From Rhodospirillales bacterium (GTDB lineage Bacteria > Pseudomonadota > Alphaproteobacteria > Rhodospirillales > Rhodospirillaceae), in the NCBI GenBank assembly GCA_028278135.1, contig JANQEW010000029.1, positions 316,889 through 340,888 of the forward strand: 24,000 nt of DNA, given 5' to 3'. Under the pieces are notes generated by a model, which was given only the letters and a program-made list of their open reading frames with translations, made no database searches and was not told where the DNA came from. How positions within the stretch are numbered: position 1 is the first letter of the stretch; each line of letters starts with the position of its first letter. The translations under genes were made by a program, and so were the position numbers. Of this stretch, positions 23,386 through 24,000 are shown one piece after another.

Positions 23386-24000
23386 ATGGCTTCCGTGAGA
23401 GCCGCCGTAGTTGCCGGTTCCTTTTATCCTGCTGATCCTAATGAATTAACCACTATGGTCCGCAAGTATATGGCACTAGTACGTGGCACATCCAATACTG
23501 TTGTGCCAAAGGCGCTCATAGTACCTCATGCTGGATATATCTATTCCGGCAAAGTGGCTGCCAGAGCGTACGCCCGTTTGATGTCTGCCCGTGGCCGTCT
23601 TGACAGGGTTGTACTTATAGGTCCATCACATCTAATGCAATTCAACGGCTTAGCGCTCTCTAGTGCTGAAGCCTATGAAACACCTCTTGGTTGTGTCCCT
23701 ATTGACAAGGTGGCTATACAAACTTTGCGTACTTTACAAAGTATTACTGTGCGTGATTCTGTACATGCCAAAGAGTATAGTTTAGAAGTACATTTACCAT
23801 TTTTACAGGAAATACTAGGTTTTTTTACTCTTGTTCCTATTATTACCGGTGACGCTAGCCCTGAAAAAGTAGCAGAAGTGCTGGAAATGACATGGGGCGG
23901 TCCGGAAACTCTGATAGTAGTGAGTACGGATCTCAGCCATTATCTCGACTATGAGTCCTGCCGCCAGTTGGATGCATCAACAGTACAAGCCATAGAATCG
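23386..24000 (+). CDS. amrB: AmmeMemoRadiSam system protein B (MEMO1 family), first 205 codons (continues beyond the window)
   Basis: Absent from the ORF track because it is edge-truncated. Hand translation from the ATG at 23386 (AGGGAGGA Shine-Dalgarno upstream) gives MASVRAAVVAGSFYPADPNELTTMV...IVPHAGYIYSGKVAARAY...GPSH...YSLEVHLPFLQ...VSTDLSHY. The frame stays open to base 24000. Confidence 0.88.
   Translation, partial: MASVRAAVVAGSFYPADPNELTTMVRKYMALVRGTSNTVVPKALIVPHAGYIYSGKVAARAYARLMSARGRLDRVVLIGPSHLMQFNGLALSSAEAYETPLGCVPIDKVAIQTLRTLQSITVRDSVHAKEYSLEVHLPFLQEILGFFTLVPIITGDASPEKVAEVLEMTWGGPETLIVVSTDLSHYLDYESCRQLDASTVQAIES

Overview
This window is a gene-dense stretch of core chromosome with 20 protein genes and one tRNA. 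Gene order and protein signatures look alphaproteobacterial, which is an inference. Coding DNA is moderately GC-rich and the spacers are sharply AT-rich. The minus strand carries pal (cut by the window edge), tolB, ruvB, ruvA, ruvC, yebC, a YmdB-like metallophosphoesterase and 5-formyl-THF cyclo-ligase. Next come dapD-dapE (+), holC, ppdK, glyS, glyQ and a DUF1015 gene (all -). These are followed by a DegP/HtrA protease (+), a NasA/NarB-type molybdopterin oxidoreductase (+), tRNA-Leu(CAG) (+) and a short RNase D-like exonuclease (+). The right edge holds a divergent AmmeMemoRadiSam pair, a radical SAM gene (-) and a Memo-like protein B gene (+, cut by the edge). The ORF track omits pal and protein B, and I recovered both by hand translation. 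I see no mobile elements, CRISPR array, defence island or toxin genes. I cannot support a claim of a new multi-gene system. The least understood biology here is the AmmeMemoRadiSam locus and the isolated nitrate-reductase-like enzyme with an unexplained C-terminal tail. Other points worth a second look are the ruvB-tolB junction, which lacks ybgC-tolQRA and has an odd tolB 5' region. Short perfect tandem duplications and palindromes recur in the spacers. Four gene junctions share 4-nt ATGA/GTGA start/stop overlaps.
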